Shown here piece by piece: positions 9,284 through 18,786 of a DNA stretch of 64,000 bases (position 1 is the stretch's first letter; each line of letters begins with the position of its first letter). Source of the stretch: Alphaproteobacteria bacterium (GTDB taxonomy: Bacteria > Pseudomonadota > Alphaproteobacteria > Bin95); the NCBI GenBank assembly GCA_963665325.3, contig OZ224045.1:192001-256000 (forward strand), read 5' to 3'. A model generated the notes under the pieces. That model searched no databases. It saw nothing but the letters and a program-made list of their open reading frames with translations, and was not told the DNA's origin. The translations under genes were made by a program, and so were the position numbers.

Positions 9284-10294
9284 ATGAATGAGCTGTTACA
9301 AATCAATCCGGAGCAGCGTCGGGAGCTGGACATCCTCTTTCTGGCCAAATACGCGGAAGACTGGAACGAACCGCCGCCAGCGGTACATCCGCTCTACGGA
9401 CGAGAACTCTACACGAAGTTCGAGGTGCTTTCCGTCCTGCGCGGCCTGGCGCGTTCGGTGGAGCCATGCGCCAGCCTCGAGTCGTTCGAGGAACGCATGC
9501 GCCGCGGCCCGGCGCCCGATTATGTTTTCCAGATTTACAATCGCGAGGCCGTTCGCAATCCCGAAATATTGGTGTCCTCGCTTTGTGCGCGCACCGGTGT
9601 CCCCTATCTCGGCAGCCCGCCGAACGTGCGGGCCATGGCTGAGGACAAGTGGATCACCAAGCTGATGGCGCGCGCGGCAGGGCTGCTTGTGCCGGATGGA
9701 GTTGTGGCGGTCGTCGAAGCCGATCTGGACGATCCGCCGGGCTTCGAGGGGCCGTATTTCGTCAAGCCCCGCTTCGGCGCCAATTCCGAAGGCGTCGATG
9801 AGGGTTCGATCTGCGACAGCTGGGAGGAAGCCCGGTCGAGAGCGACAGCGTTGCTGACCGCCGGCGAGGAGGCGCTAATCGAGGCGCTGGCGCCCGGCCT
9901 CGATGTGACGGTGCCGGTGCTGGGCGGGCCTCTGGCGCTGCATCCGGTCGCCAACCATTCCGACTTGCGCGAAGGCGTCCAGACCGAGCGCCAGAAGCGC
10001 TTTCTTGACCCCGGAAAGCGCGGAGAGCCTTTCGACGACGCACCGCTTTGCGAAGAGCTCAGGGAGGCGGCGCTGGCATTCACGAAGCTGGTGCAGCCCT
10101 GCGATTACCTTCGGGTCGATTTCCGGGTTGCGCCGGACCGCTCCTTCCGCCTGCTGGAGTTCAATGTCACCTGCAACCTGGCGACCACCATGTCGATGAA
10201 CGTCGGCGCCGGTGGGGCGGGCGTGTCGCACGCAGCCATGATTGAGCATTTCCTCTGCTACAGCCTGCAGCGCCAGGGAGTGCTGGCGGCATGA
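9284..10294 (+). CDS. D-Ala-D-Ala-ligase-like ATP-grasp enzyme (non-canonical), paralog 2
   Basis: GVPYLGSPPNVRAMAEDKWITK, FVKPRFGANSEGV, LIE, DYLRVDFRV, LLEFNVTCNL. Confidence 0.8.
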   Translation: MNELLQINPEQRRELDILFLAKYAEDWNEPPPAVHPLYGRELYTKFEVLSVLRGLARSVEPCASLESFEERMRRGPAPDYVFQIYNREAVRNPEILVSSLCARTGVPYLGSPPNVRAMAEDKWITKLMARAAGLLVPDGVVAVVEADLDDPPGFEGPYFVKPRFGANSEGVDEGSICDSWEEARSRATALLTAGEEALIEALAPGLDVTVPVLGGPLALHPVANHSDLREGVQTERQKRFLDPGKRGEPFDDAPLCEELREAALAFTKLVQPCDYLRVDFRVAPDRSFRLLEFNVTCNLATTMSMNVGAGGAGVSHAAMIEHFLCYSLQRQGVLAA

Positions 10295-11043
10295 GGCTGC
10301 TTGTCATACTGAATGCTGCCTTCCTGTGCGCCTTCGCGGGGACGATGGCGCTGATGATTCTGCTCAACCAGCAGAAGTTCGCCGACATATTACGCGGATT
10401 GGACGACTCGCGCGTTTCTGTCATGACGCTCGACACGTCGCGGCGGCTTCGCCAGGCGGTCGATTTAGGGCTGCCCCTCAAGGACATTGCCGAAAGCCGG
10501 TCCATCGTGGAGGCCCTGATCGAAGACTATCCGGAGTTACAATCGGTCAGCATTTTCGACGCGGGCGGCCGTGTGCTCGAGCATGGCGGCAACGAGCTGG
10601 ACACCGGGCGGAACAAGGCTCCGCCAATATGGGTTTCGGACAACCGGGCGGCGGACGGAGAGGTCTGGCGGATCGAAGACCCGGAATCGTTCATCGTCGG
10701 CGCGCCGGTCGTCAATAATTTCGGGAAGCTCGAAGGCGGGGTGGCGGTGCGCTACAGCAAGGCGCGCTACAGCACTATCGTCGCAGGCCTGTTGAACGAG
10801 CTCCTCGAAGCCGCCGCCATTATTTTCGTCGCCAGCGGCTTGCTTGCAGTGCTGGGAACCGCCGCTGCGCTTTGGAAGCTCACGAGGACTGCCCGCTATC
10901 TGCAACGGAGCGTCGAGAATCTTCTGAAACCGGACCCGGACGATGCGCCGGCGGATACGGACCTGGTCGAATTCGTGGGCTACAGCGCGTCGGTGCGAGA
11001 AACGGCGGCGACGCTGGCGGCTGCGGAAGGGAGGGAGCGATGA
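10291..11043 (+). CDS. Small two-TM membrane protein with a periplasmic Cache/PAS-like sensor domain and no output domain (paralog of 3525-4262)
   Basis: TM, AVDLGLPL, SIFDAGGRVL, IVGAPVVNNFGKLEGGV, TM; ATGA coupling on both sides. Confidence 0.7.
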   Translation: MRLLVILNAAFLCAFAGTMALMILLNQQKFADILRGLDDSRVSVMTLDTSRRLRQAVDLGLPLKDIAESRSIVEALIEDYPELQSVSIFDAGGRVLEHGGNELDTGRNKAPPIWVSDNRAADGEVWRIEDPESFIVGAPVVNNFGKLEGGVAVRYSKARYSTIVAGLLNELLEAAAIIFVASGLLAVLGTAAALWKLTRTARYLQRSVENLLKPDPDDAPADTDLVEFVGYSASVRETAATLAAAEGRER

Positions 11044-13082
11044 TCCGCAGCCGGCGGCAGGCGCCCACCCTTTCCGGACTCGGTCTTCGCATCGGGTTCG
11101 TTGCTGTCGCGGCACTGGTCGTCGCGAATGCGCTGCTTGCCTGGATTGCGCTCGGCGCCGTCGAGAAAAGGCTGGAGCCGGTCATCCAGGACAAGGCGCA
11201 TGTCCTCGCCGGGTCAATCTCCAACGATCTTTACAAGGCGGTGCGCCTCGATATTCCGCTGGGCAGCCTGAAGGGCGTGGACGCCTTTCTGGAGAACTTG
11301 CTGATCGACCATCCCGAAGTCGCCTATCTCGCGGTGACGAACCCCGAGGGCAAGGTGCTGTTCTCGGCGAAGGCAGGCAACGGCGCAGACGGCACGCCGC
11401 TACCGTTCGCCGCCAACGCCAGCGAAGCCGAGGCAGGGACGTTCGTTTCATTCGGCTCCGAATACAACATCACGCTTCCGCTGGTTCAGGACGGCAACCG
11501 TGTCGGGCACACGATGATCGGGATAGACAGGGGTTACGTGCGCAACACGATGGGCGGCATCTTTACCGACATAGGCATATCGCTGTGCGTAGCCGTGTTG
11601 ATTGTGCTCGAACTTACCTTGCTGGTGCTGTCGCTGACGGTTGCGCGTTCCATCGGGTTGATGCGGCGCCTGATGCATGCCGTCAGCGAAGGAGATTTTT
11701 CCGCTTCGATTACCACACGCGGACGGGATGATCTGGGCCGCGTCATTGACGCGATGAACGGCATCAATGCCGAAATCAACCGGCGTTTCCGTGCTGTGGC
11801 GTCGGGCGGCAGCGCCGCGGCGCTGGAGAGTTTGCGCGAGGGCCGGGTATTCGCCGAGGGCGGCGCCTACCGGCCCGTGCAGGTACTGCGCGCCGGCGAT
11901 GTGCAATATCCGCTCTTTTTCTTCATCTTCGGGGTGGAACTGTCCCGCCCCTTCTTCCCGCTGTTCGTGCGGGACCTTTACGACCCCTCGCTCGGCATCG
12001 ACGCGTCGATAGCGATCGCCATGCCGATGTCGGTATGGGTTATCGCGATGCTTCTCACGACGCCGTTCGCGCCGGCTCTGATCCGGCGGCTGGGCACGCG
12101 CAACACGCTTCTCATGGGCATGGCACCAACCAGTATCGGGCTGATCGCGACAGCCTCTTCCACCGGCTTCATCGAGCTTATTGGCTGGCGATGCCTGACG
12201 GCGGCCGGGTTCGGCCTGGTGACCGCCGCCATTCTGGTCCGGCTGGCCATGACCGCGCCGGAGCGGCGACGAGCGCTCAACATCGGCGTCTTCGTTACAG
12301 CTACCGGGGGCGGCAGCATCTGCGCGACTGCCATCGGCGGGATTCTCGCCGAACGACTGGGCTACGAAAATACCTTCCTCGTCGGAGCCGCAATCGTTTT
12401 CGTCGCCATGTCGATTGCATTCGGCTTTCTGTCGCCTGACGAAGGCGTGGGTGCCCGCGTCGGAACGCCTACCCGCCGCAGGAGTTTCGGAATCTACGGC
12501 AGTGTCAGATTCATGGTGTTCATGGCTCTATCTGCGCTGCCGTCGCGCACGGTACTCACGGGCTTCATGTTCTTCCTGGTTCCGCTCTATCTCGACTCGA
12601 TCGGATTCGGCGGCGCGGCTATCGGACGAACGATGATGGTCTATTTCCTGGTGCTGCTGGTCATGAATCAGGCAGCGGCATTGATGGCCGACAGGTTCCA
12701 GAACCACGGAATGCTGATTCTGGCGGGAGGCGTATCGGCGGCTGCCGGTTGCCTGCTGTTCGTTTCAACCGTGGACAGTTTGCTGCTGGTATGCGGCGTC
12801 GCGCTGATCGGGCTCGGTCAGTCGCTTGTAATGACCCCGCAGGTGGCCGTGCTGCCGGCCTATTTCAGAACCGAGACGGAAGCATACGGCACTGGCTCGG
12901 TCACGGCGGCCTTCAGGGTGGTGGAACGAGCCGGAAGCATTGTGGGGCCCCTGCTGGCGGGGGCTGTCGTCGCGGCTGCTGGGCTGGCACGGGCGGGCGA
13001 ACTGATCGGCTACGGCATACTGGCGACGACTGTGTTGCTGGCCGTGATCCTGGCGACCGGCGTGGTCAGCCGTCGGCACTGA
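11040..13082 (+). CDS. MFS transporter fused to an N-terminal periplasmic sensor domain and HAMP
   Basis: TM, AVRLDIPLGSLKGVDAFL...YLAVTNPEGKVLF, TM, HAMP (EGDFSASITTRGRDDLGRVIDAMN), then about 12 hydrophobic helices with MFS motif-A-like LIRRLGTR, GGILAERLGY and MADRF. ATG 11040 overlaps the upstream TGA. Confidence 0.8.
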   Translation: MIRSRRQAPTLSGLGLRIGFVAVAALVVANALLAWIALGAVEKRLEPVIQDKAHVLAGSISNDLYKAVRLDIPLGSLKGVDAFLENLLIDHPEVAYLAVTNPEGKVLFSAKAGNGADGTPLPFAANASEAEAGTFVSFGSEYNITLPLVQDGNRVGHTMIGIDRGYVRNTMGGIFTDIGISLCVAVLIVLELTLLVLSLTVARSIGLMRRLMHAVSEGDFSASITTRGRDDLGRVIDAMNGINAEINRRFRAVASGGSAAALESLREGRVFAEGGAYRPVQVLRAGDVQYPLFFFIFGVELSRPFFPLFVRDLYDPSLGIDASIAIAMPMSVWVIAMLLTTPFAPALIRRLGTRNTLLMGMAPTSIGLIATASSTGFIELIGWRCLTAAGFGLVTAAILVRLAMTAPERRRALNIGVFVTATGGGSICATAIGGILAERLGYENTFLVGAAIVFVAMSIAFGFLSPDEGVGARVGTPTRRRSFGIYGSVRFMVFMALSALPSRTVLTGFMFFLVPLYLDSIGFGGAAIGRTMMVYFLVLLVMNQAAALMADRFQNHGMLILAGGVSAAAGCLLFVSTVDSLLLVCGVALIGLGQSLVMTPQVAVLPAYFRTETEAYGTGSVTAAFRVVERAGSIVGPLLAGAVVAAAGLARAGELIGYGILATTVLLAVILATGVVSRRH

Positions 13083-14727
13083 CCATGGCTTCGATCACCA
13101 CTGGGCCGGAGCCCGCGAACGCGTCGCGGTAGGCCTTGCGGAAGGCAGCTGGCGTTTCGGCGCGCACCGCTGCCATGCCGAACCCTTCCGCGAGCCGCGT
13201 GGCGTCGATGGGTGGATCGCGGAAATCCATGCCGATCGGTGCGTCATTGTCGTGAAACGCCTTCATCCGGTCCTTCAGGATGCGGTAACCGCCATTGTTG
13301 GCAATCACGAAGATAACCGGCAGCCGCGCGTTCGCCGCCGTCCATAGCGCCTGGATCGAATACATGGCGCTGCCGTCCCCGATCAGTGCGACAGTGCGCC
13401 GTTCGGGCCGCGCGATCTGCACGCCGACAGCCGCTGCAATGCCCCAGCCGATGCCGCCCGATACATTGCCGAAATAGCCGTTTGCATCCCGGAACGGCAG
13501 GAAGTCCAGAAGGCGCGCGCCGGTGGTAATGCCTTCATCGACCACGATGCCGTCTTCCGGCAGTTCTTCGGCCAGACATTTGCAGAGCCATGCTGGCGGA
13601 ATGGGACCGACGGTCTCGGGCACATCCGCCAGGGCTTCCCGTGCCTTGTTCCGGCTAGCGCTCCAGTTGCGTTTGCCGAGCGCGGCAATCCGGCCCCGCC
13701 GGCTTTCGCCGAGCCTTTCCTCAAGCAGCGGGTTCAGGGCCGCGAGGGTTTCCTGCACATCGCCCAGCGCCGCAATCTCGGCGGAATAGTTCTTGGCGAG
13801 TTCCCAGTCCCGAAGGCCGATCTGGACGACGGCCATATGTTCCGGCAGCGGCTCGGTCTCGCTCCACACCGACATGCGCAGGAAGTCGGCGCCGAGGCTG
13901 ACGATCAGGTCGTAGGGCGCCAGCACCTGCCTGACCTGCGGCTGACTGCGGGTGAGCGCGCCCATGAAGCAGGGGTGTTCCGAGAGGAAGTGCGCTCCCT
14001 GCGGCACGCTTTGCTGATAGACCGGCGCGCCCAGCAGATCAGCGAATCGAGCGGCAGCATCCAGCGCGCCGCCGGTGGCCGTCTCGTGGCCGGCGAGAAC
14101 GACCGGATTGGCGGCCGCGGCGATGCGGTCCACCATCGCTGCCAGGGTCCCGTCGGAAGGGCGGACGCGCGAATCGACCCGTGTGGCCTGTCCGAGATCT
14201 ATGGCTTCATGGCGGTTCAGGATGTCTCCGGGAAGGGAGATGAATACCGGCCCGGTCGGCGGAGTCGTCGCCACCTTGGCGGCGCGCCGCAAGATGCGCG
14301 GCAGATCCTCGATCCTGGCGACTTCCACCGCCCACTTGACCACAGGTTCCGCAATCGGGGTGAGCGGGGCATAGAGGAGCGGCTCCGTGAGCCCATGCCC
14401 CTGCTCCTGCTGGCCTGCGGTCACGATGATCGGCGAGCCGCTCTGCGAAGCGGTGTAGAGCGCGCCGATGGCATTCCCCAGTCCCGGCGCGACATGCACG
14501 TTGCAGGCCGCCAGCTTGCCTGAGGCGCGCGCATAGCCGTCGGCCATGGCGACAACCACCGATTCCTGCAGGCCCAGCACATAGCCGAGGTCGCTCTGTT
14601 CGGTCAGCGCATGCATGATCGGTAGTTCCGTTGTGCCCGGATTGCCGAAAAGATGCGTCACGCCTTCATCCTTGAGAACGGCGAGGAAGGCGCTGCGGCC
14701 GCTGATCGTATTGGAAGGGGAGGGCAT
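13066..14727 (-). CDS. Thiamine-pyrophosphate-dependent decarboxylase, benzoylformate decarboxylase (MdlC)-like
   Basis: LFGNPGTTELP, GLQESVVVAMADGYA, HVAPGLGNA, TPP motif GDGSAMY...NNGGY. Start at ATG 14727 (MPSPSNTISG). Confidence 0.85.
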   Translation of the reverse strand: MPSPSNTISGRSAFLAVLKDEGVTHLFGNPGTTELPIMHALTEQSDLGYVLGLQESVVVAMADGYARASGKLAACNVHVAPGLGNAIGALYTASQSGSPIIVTAGQQEQGHGLTEPLLYAPLTPIAEPVVKWAVEVARIEDLPRILRRAAKVATTPPTGPVFISLPGDILNRHEAIDLGQATRVDSRVRPSDGTLAAMVDRIAAAANPVVLAGHETATGGALDAAARFADLLGAPVYQQSVPQGAHFLSEHPCFMGALTRSQPQVRQVLAPYDLIVSLGADFLRMSVWSETEPLPEHMAVVQIGLRDWELAKNYSAEIAALGDVQETLAALNPLLEERLGESRRGRIAALGKRNWSASRNKAREALADVPETVGPIPPAWLCKCLAEELPEDGIVVDEGITTGARLLDFLPFRDANGYFGNVSGGIGWGIAAAVGVQIARPERRTVALIGDGSAMYSIQALWTAANARLPVIFVIANNGGYRILKDRMKAFHDNDAPIGMDFRDPPIDATRLAEGFGMAAVRAETPAAFRKAYRDAFAGSGPVVIEAMVSADG

Positions 14728-14787
14728 TGGTTGTTCGCTTCCCTCGTTCGCAGGAAAACCGTAAGTCCGGGTAGAGGCAGGGAAGTG

Positions 14788-14820
14788 TTCCGGATGGGCC
14801 GGCCTCCTTCCCGTCCGGAA
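14788..14820. terminator. Intergenic stem-loop (terminator- or REP-like) between the SDR and TPP-enzyme genes
   Basis: TTCCGGATGGG (14788-14798) pairs with CCCGTCCGGAA (14810-14820), 10/11 complementary. Confidence 0.45.
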
Positions 14821-14828
14821 AGGGATCG

Positions 14829-15569
14829 TCAGGACGCGAGGAAACCGCCGTCCACATAGAGTTCGACGCCAGTGCAATAACTGCTGTCGTCGGATGCAAG
14901 AAAGAGCACTGCCTTCGCCACCTCGTCGGCCCGGCCGTTGCGGGCCATCGGCACCCGGCGCAGCATCCGCTCCCGCACCACGGGGTCGGCAGTTGCGCCC
15001 GAAGTTCGCATTGGCGGCATCAATCCCGGATGGACCGAGTTCGCCCGTATGCCTTCGGGAGCGTGGCGCACGGCTACCGATTTCGTCAGCACCCGGATTG
15101 CCCCCTTCGACGCATTGTAGCCGTGATGGACGACGTCCTGGCCGACCACGCCCGAGATCGACGAGATGTTCACGATGACGCCGCCGCCTGCGGCCGCCAT
15201 CTTTGGCACGAAGTGCCGGCAGCCGAGGAATGCTCCGGTGACGTTGATGGCCATGAGGTTGTGCCATGCATCGAGATCGAACGGGTCGGCGTAGCCGCTA
15301 CCGCTGATCCCCGCATTGTTAACGAGAATATCGGCGTCCGGCCGGGCGGCGGCCAGTTCCGCCCACGCGGCATCTTCCGTCACGTCCAGACGGTGGAAGG
15401 ACGACTTTCCACCATTGGCGGCGATCTTCTCCGCCTGCGAACGGCCCTCATCCTCCAGGACATCCGCCACGACTACGTCCGCACCCTCGGACGCAAGGAG
15501 TTCGGCTGTCACCGCCCCCATCCCCCAGGCTCCTCCCGTCACGATCGCAGTCTTGCCGGCAAGCTTCAT
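14829..15569 (-). CDS. Short-chain dehydrogenase/reductase (SDR)
   Basis: TGGAWGMG, NNAG, YNASK, NSVHPG, VDGG. Confidence 0.9.
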   Translation of the reverse strand: MKLAGKTAIVTGGAWGMGAVTAELLASEGADVVVADVLEDEGRSQAEKIAANGGKSSFHRLDVTEDAAWAELAAARPDADILVNNAGISGSGYADPFDLDAWHNLMAINVTGAFLGCRHFVPKMAAAGGGVIVNISSISGVVGQDVVHHGYNASKGAIRVLTKSVAVRHAPEGIRANSVHPGLMPPMRTSGATADPVVRERMLRRVPMARNGRADEVAKAVLFLASDDSSYCTGVELYVDGGFLAS

Positions 15570-15773
15570 CGTTTTTCTCCCGCACCGAGGTCCTGCACAA
15601 AGCGGCGCTCATCATGGAGCAAGCGGAAACGCCCCGAAAGATAGGGCGTTGCCGGAGCGGTTCGATGAACATGACGCAGCAATGGACAGGCGCGACAGGC
15701 CGGGAATCGTTCGATATGGTGGCCGCAGGTCGTTGCGGCCCCGACGTCCGGACTCGCGAATGAAGGGAAGGCG

Positions 15774-16787
15774 ATGCGGCGTGTCGCTGTCGTGCTTGCG
15801 GTGCTGGTGGCCGTCGGTTGTGCCGCCGGCAACGGACGAGCCGCCAATTTCGACGGTTGGTTGGCGGAGTTCCGCGCCGAAGCCGCGGGGAAAGGCATTT
15901 CGTCTGCCACGCTGGACGCTGCGCTCAGCGGGCTCCGACCGCTGAAGAAGGTGCTGAACCGCGACCGCAAGCAACCGGAGTTCAAGCTGACCTTCGAGAC
16001 CTACAGCGCCCGCCTGCTCAAACCCGTCAATATCGAACGGGGCAGGGCGATGATGGCCGAACATGCCGGGCTGCTCCGGCGGGTGTCGGACCGCTATGGT
16101 GTGCAACCGCGTTTCATTGTCGCAATCTGGGGCATCGAGACCCGCTACGGCGCCATCAGGGGCAGCACGGAAATCGTGCCGGCGCTCGCAACGCTCGCTT
16201 TCGACCGGCGGCGGTCCCGCTTCTTTCGCGCGCAATTGCTCGATGCGCTGCGCATGGTGGACAAGGGCTATATCGAGCTTGCCGACATGAAGGGCTCCTG
16301 GGCTGGAGCGATGGGCCATCCTCAATTCATTCCGTCCAGCTATCTTGCCTTCGCCCAGGATTTCGACGGCGACGGCCGGCGCGACATCTGGAATAATCTG
16401 GGCGATGTTTTCGCCTCAATTGCCAACTATCTCCACCGGCACGGTTGGTCGAATGCGCGCACATGGGGGCGCGGGGCACGGGTGCCAAAGACGGTAAGAC
16501 AAGCCTACGACTCGATGCTCGCCGGCGAGGCGAAGGGATGCCGCGCGCTCTGGCAGGCAACGAAGCCGCGCAGGCTGGGTGAATGGCAGGCCGCGGGCCT
16601 GCGCCGCCTGTCAGGTGCGGCGCTGCCTGCCGTAAAGCTCGATGCGAGGCTGCTTATGCCCGACGGCGCGGGAGGAAAGGCTTTTCTCGTCTATCGCAAC
16701 TACGAGAGTCTGTTGCGCTACAACTGCTCGAACCTTTATGCACTGACGGTCGGGCTGTTGTCGGATGCCGTCGGAGGGCGTCGATGA
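15774..16787 (+). CDS. mltB: Lytic murein transglycosylase (MltB/SLT_2 family)
   Basis: [53 protein letters not shown]. Confidence 0.9.
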   Translation: MRRVAVVLAVLVAVGCAAGNGRAANFDGWLAEFRAEAAGKGISSATLDAALSGLRPLKKVLNRDRKQPEFKLTFETYSARLLKPVNIERGRAMMAEHAGLLRRVSDRYGVQPRFIVAIWGIETRYGAIRGSTEIVPALATLAFDRRRSRFFRAQLLDALRMVDKGYIELADMKGSWAGAMGHPQFIPSSYLAFAQDFDGDGRRDIWNNLGDVFASIANYLHRHGWSNARTWGRGARVPKTVRQAYDSMLAGEAKGCRALWQATKPRRLGEWQAAGLRRLSGAALPAVKLDARLLMPDGAGGKAFLVYRNYESLLRYNCSNLYALTVGLLSDAVGGRR

Positions 16788-17644
16788 TCCGCGCTCTTTC
16801 GCTGTTGCTGGCACTGGCGGTATGCGCCTGCAGTTCGCCGGACGCGACCAAGCGGACGGCAAAGACCGGCGAACGCAGCGGAAAGGTTGTGGACAGGCGC
16901 CTCGGTGTGTCGGCGTCGCCTTACCGTCCGCTGACCTACAATGTCAGCAGCTACAAGGTCGGCGCGCCCTACAAGATCGCCGAACGTTGGTACAGCCCGA
17001 AGAAATACGAGCACTTTTCCGAAACCGGTATCGCGTCCTGGTACGGACACAGATTCCATAGTCGTCAGACTGCTAACGGCGAAGTCTTCAATATGTACGC
17101 GATGACTGCGGCGCATCGCGTCCTGCCGATGCCAAGCGTGGTGCGCGTCACCAATCTCAGCAACAGGAAGAGCGTGGTCGTGCGCATCAACGACCGCGGA
17201 CCCTATGCGCATGAGCGTATTATCGACCTCTCGCTCGCCGCAGCCGAAAAGATCGGCTTCCGGCGCAAGGGCGTCACCAGGGTGAGGGTCGAATTGCTGC
17301 CCGAGCTGAGCCGCAGGGTCGTCCGCATTGCCAGGAGCGGTGGCGGCGCCCGGAAACAAGACCGCCTTGTGGCCGAATTCGTCGGGGGCGGTACCGCCCG
17401 GCCCGGCGTGTACTACGTTCAGGCTGGCACATTTCGCGACCGCAGGAATGCAGAGACCATGGCGAACCGGTTGAGGCGGCATTTTGACGATGTGCTGGTT
17501 CACTCCAGCACGGCGAACAACGGCAGGGTCCTGCACCGCGTCCGCATCGGACCCGAAAACAGCAGGCAGTCGGCCAAGGCGTTGCAGGCCCGCGTACAGG
17601 CGCGCGGGTCGCGGGACGCTTTCGTCGTCCGCTCGACGGGGTAG
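16784..17644 (+). CDS. rlpA: Septal ring lytic transglycosylase RlpA with SPOR domain (lipoprotein)
   Basis: Lipobox-like [40 protein letters not shown]; C-terminal [12 protein letters not shown] domain. Confidence 0.9.
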   Translation: MIRALSLLLALAVCACSSPDATKRTAKTGERSGKVVDRRLGVSASPYRPLTYNVSSYKVGAPYKIAERWYSPKKYEHFSETGIASWYGHRFHSRQTANGEVFNMYAMTAAHRVLPMPSVVRVTNLSNRKSVVVRINDRGPYAHERIIDLSLAAAEKIGFRRKGVTRVRVELLPELSRRVVRIARSGGGARKQDRLVAEFVGGGTARPGVYYVQAGTFRDRRNAETMANRLRRHFDDVLVHSSTANNGRVLHRVRIGPENSRQSAKALQARVQARGSRDAFVVRSTG

Positions 17645-17655
17645 GGGGCGCTCTC

Positions 17656-18786
17656 ATGCGGTTCGTTGCTTCCGCCATGCTGGCACTGCTGCTTCTCGCG
17701 ACGGTTGCCCGCGCCGATACGACGATCGCGCCTAACGCGATACTGATCGACGGGACCACCGGAACGGTCCTGCTCGAAAAGAATGCGGACGAGCCGCTGC
17801 CGCCGGCATCGATGAGCAAGCTCATGACGGTGCTGATGGTCTTCGAGCGGCTGAACGCCGGCGTCCTTTCCATCGACCAGACCTTCCCGGTCAGCCGCAA
17901 GGCCTGGAAGATGGGCGGCTCCAAGACGTTCGTGCGCGTCAACAGGCGCGTCTCGGTCGGCGACCTGCTGCGCGGCGTCATCGTGCAGTCGGGCAACGAC
18001 GCCTCCATCGTGATCGCCGAAGGAATTTCCGGCAGCGAGGAAGCGTTCGCCGATGCCATGACGGCGCGTGCGCGCGAGCTGGGCCTCGTCAGCGCCAGTT
18101 TCCGGAATGCGACCGGCTGGCCACATCCCGAGCATGTCATATCCGCGCGTGACCTCGCGCGCCTCGCGCAGATTCTCGTGACCGAATTTCCCGAACAGTA
18201 CGCGATGTTTGCGGAGCGGGAGTTCGAGTTCAACGGGATAAAGCAGCGGAACCGCAACCCGTTGCTGGGCCGCGTTGCGGGCGCCGACGGCCTCAAGACC
18301 GGCCATACGAATGTTTCGGGATACGGCCTGACCGCCTCGGCGGAGCGGGACGGGCGGCGGCTCTATCTGGTCCTGAACGGCCTGCAAAACTCGAGGGCGC
18401 GCGCGCGGGAAGCGGAAAGGCTGATCGAGTGGGGCTTCAGGGAGTTCGCGGCCTATCCCCTGTTGAAGAAGGGGGAGACGGTAGAGACGGCGGCGGTATG
18501 GCTCGGCAGCCTGGACCGTGTGCCGCTGGTCCCGAGCCGCGACGTGGTGCTGTCGCTGAAGCGCCAGGCGCGCTCCGGGCTCAAGGCTTCCGTCAGGTGG
18601 ACCGGGCCGGTCGTCGCACCGGTTGCGGAAGGCCAGCAACTCGCAACGCTTCGCCTTGAGGCGCCCGGCATCCAGCCGGTCGAGCATTTGCTTTATGCCG
18701 GAGCGAAGGTCGAGCGGGTTGGCTTCTTCGGCCGCATCTTCGAACGGGTGCGCGCCATGATTTTCGGCTTCGACCCCACGGCGTGA
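17656..18786 (+). CDS. dacA: D-alanyl-D-alanine carboxypeptidase (PBP5/6, S11)
   Basis: PASMSK (SxxK), SGNDA (SxN), GLKTGHT (KTG). Confidence 0.9.
   Translation: MRFVASAMLALLLLATVARADTTIAPNAILIDGTTGTVLLEKNADEPLPPASMSKLMTVLMVFERLNAGVLSIDQTFPVSRKAWKMGGSKTFVRVNRRVSVGDLLRGVIVQSGNDASIVIAEGISGSEEAFADAMTARARELGLVSASFRNATGWPHPEHVISARDLARLAQILVTEFPEQYAMFAEREFEFNGIKQRNRNPLLGRVAGADGLKTGHTNVSGYGLTASAERDGRRLYLVLNGLQNSRARAREAERLIEWGFREFAAYPLLKKGETVETAAVWLGSLDRVPLVPSRDVVLSLKRQARSGLKASVRWTGPVVAPVAEGQQLATLRLEAPGIQPVEHLLYAGAKVERVGFFGRIFERVRAMIFGFDPTA

Noticed and set aside
7153-10294. Van-type glycopeptide resistance or cell-wall ligase cluster
   Set aside because: No VanH/VanX/VanRS or mur genes are adjacent, and the Ddl substrate motifs are missing.
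14728-15267. Apparent 733-aa TPP enzyme with a long N-terminal extension
   Set aside because: The extension is an alternative frame of the SDR gene plus intergenic DNA; family similarity starts at 14727.
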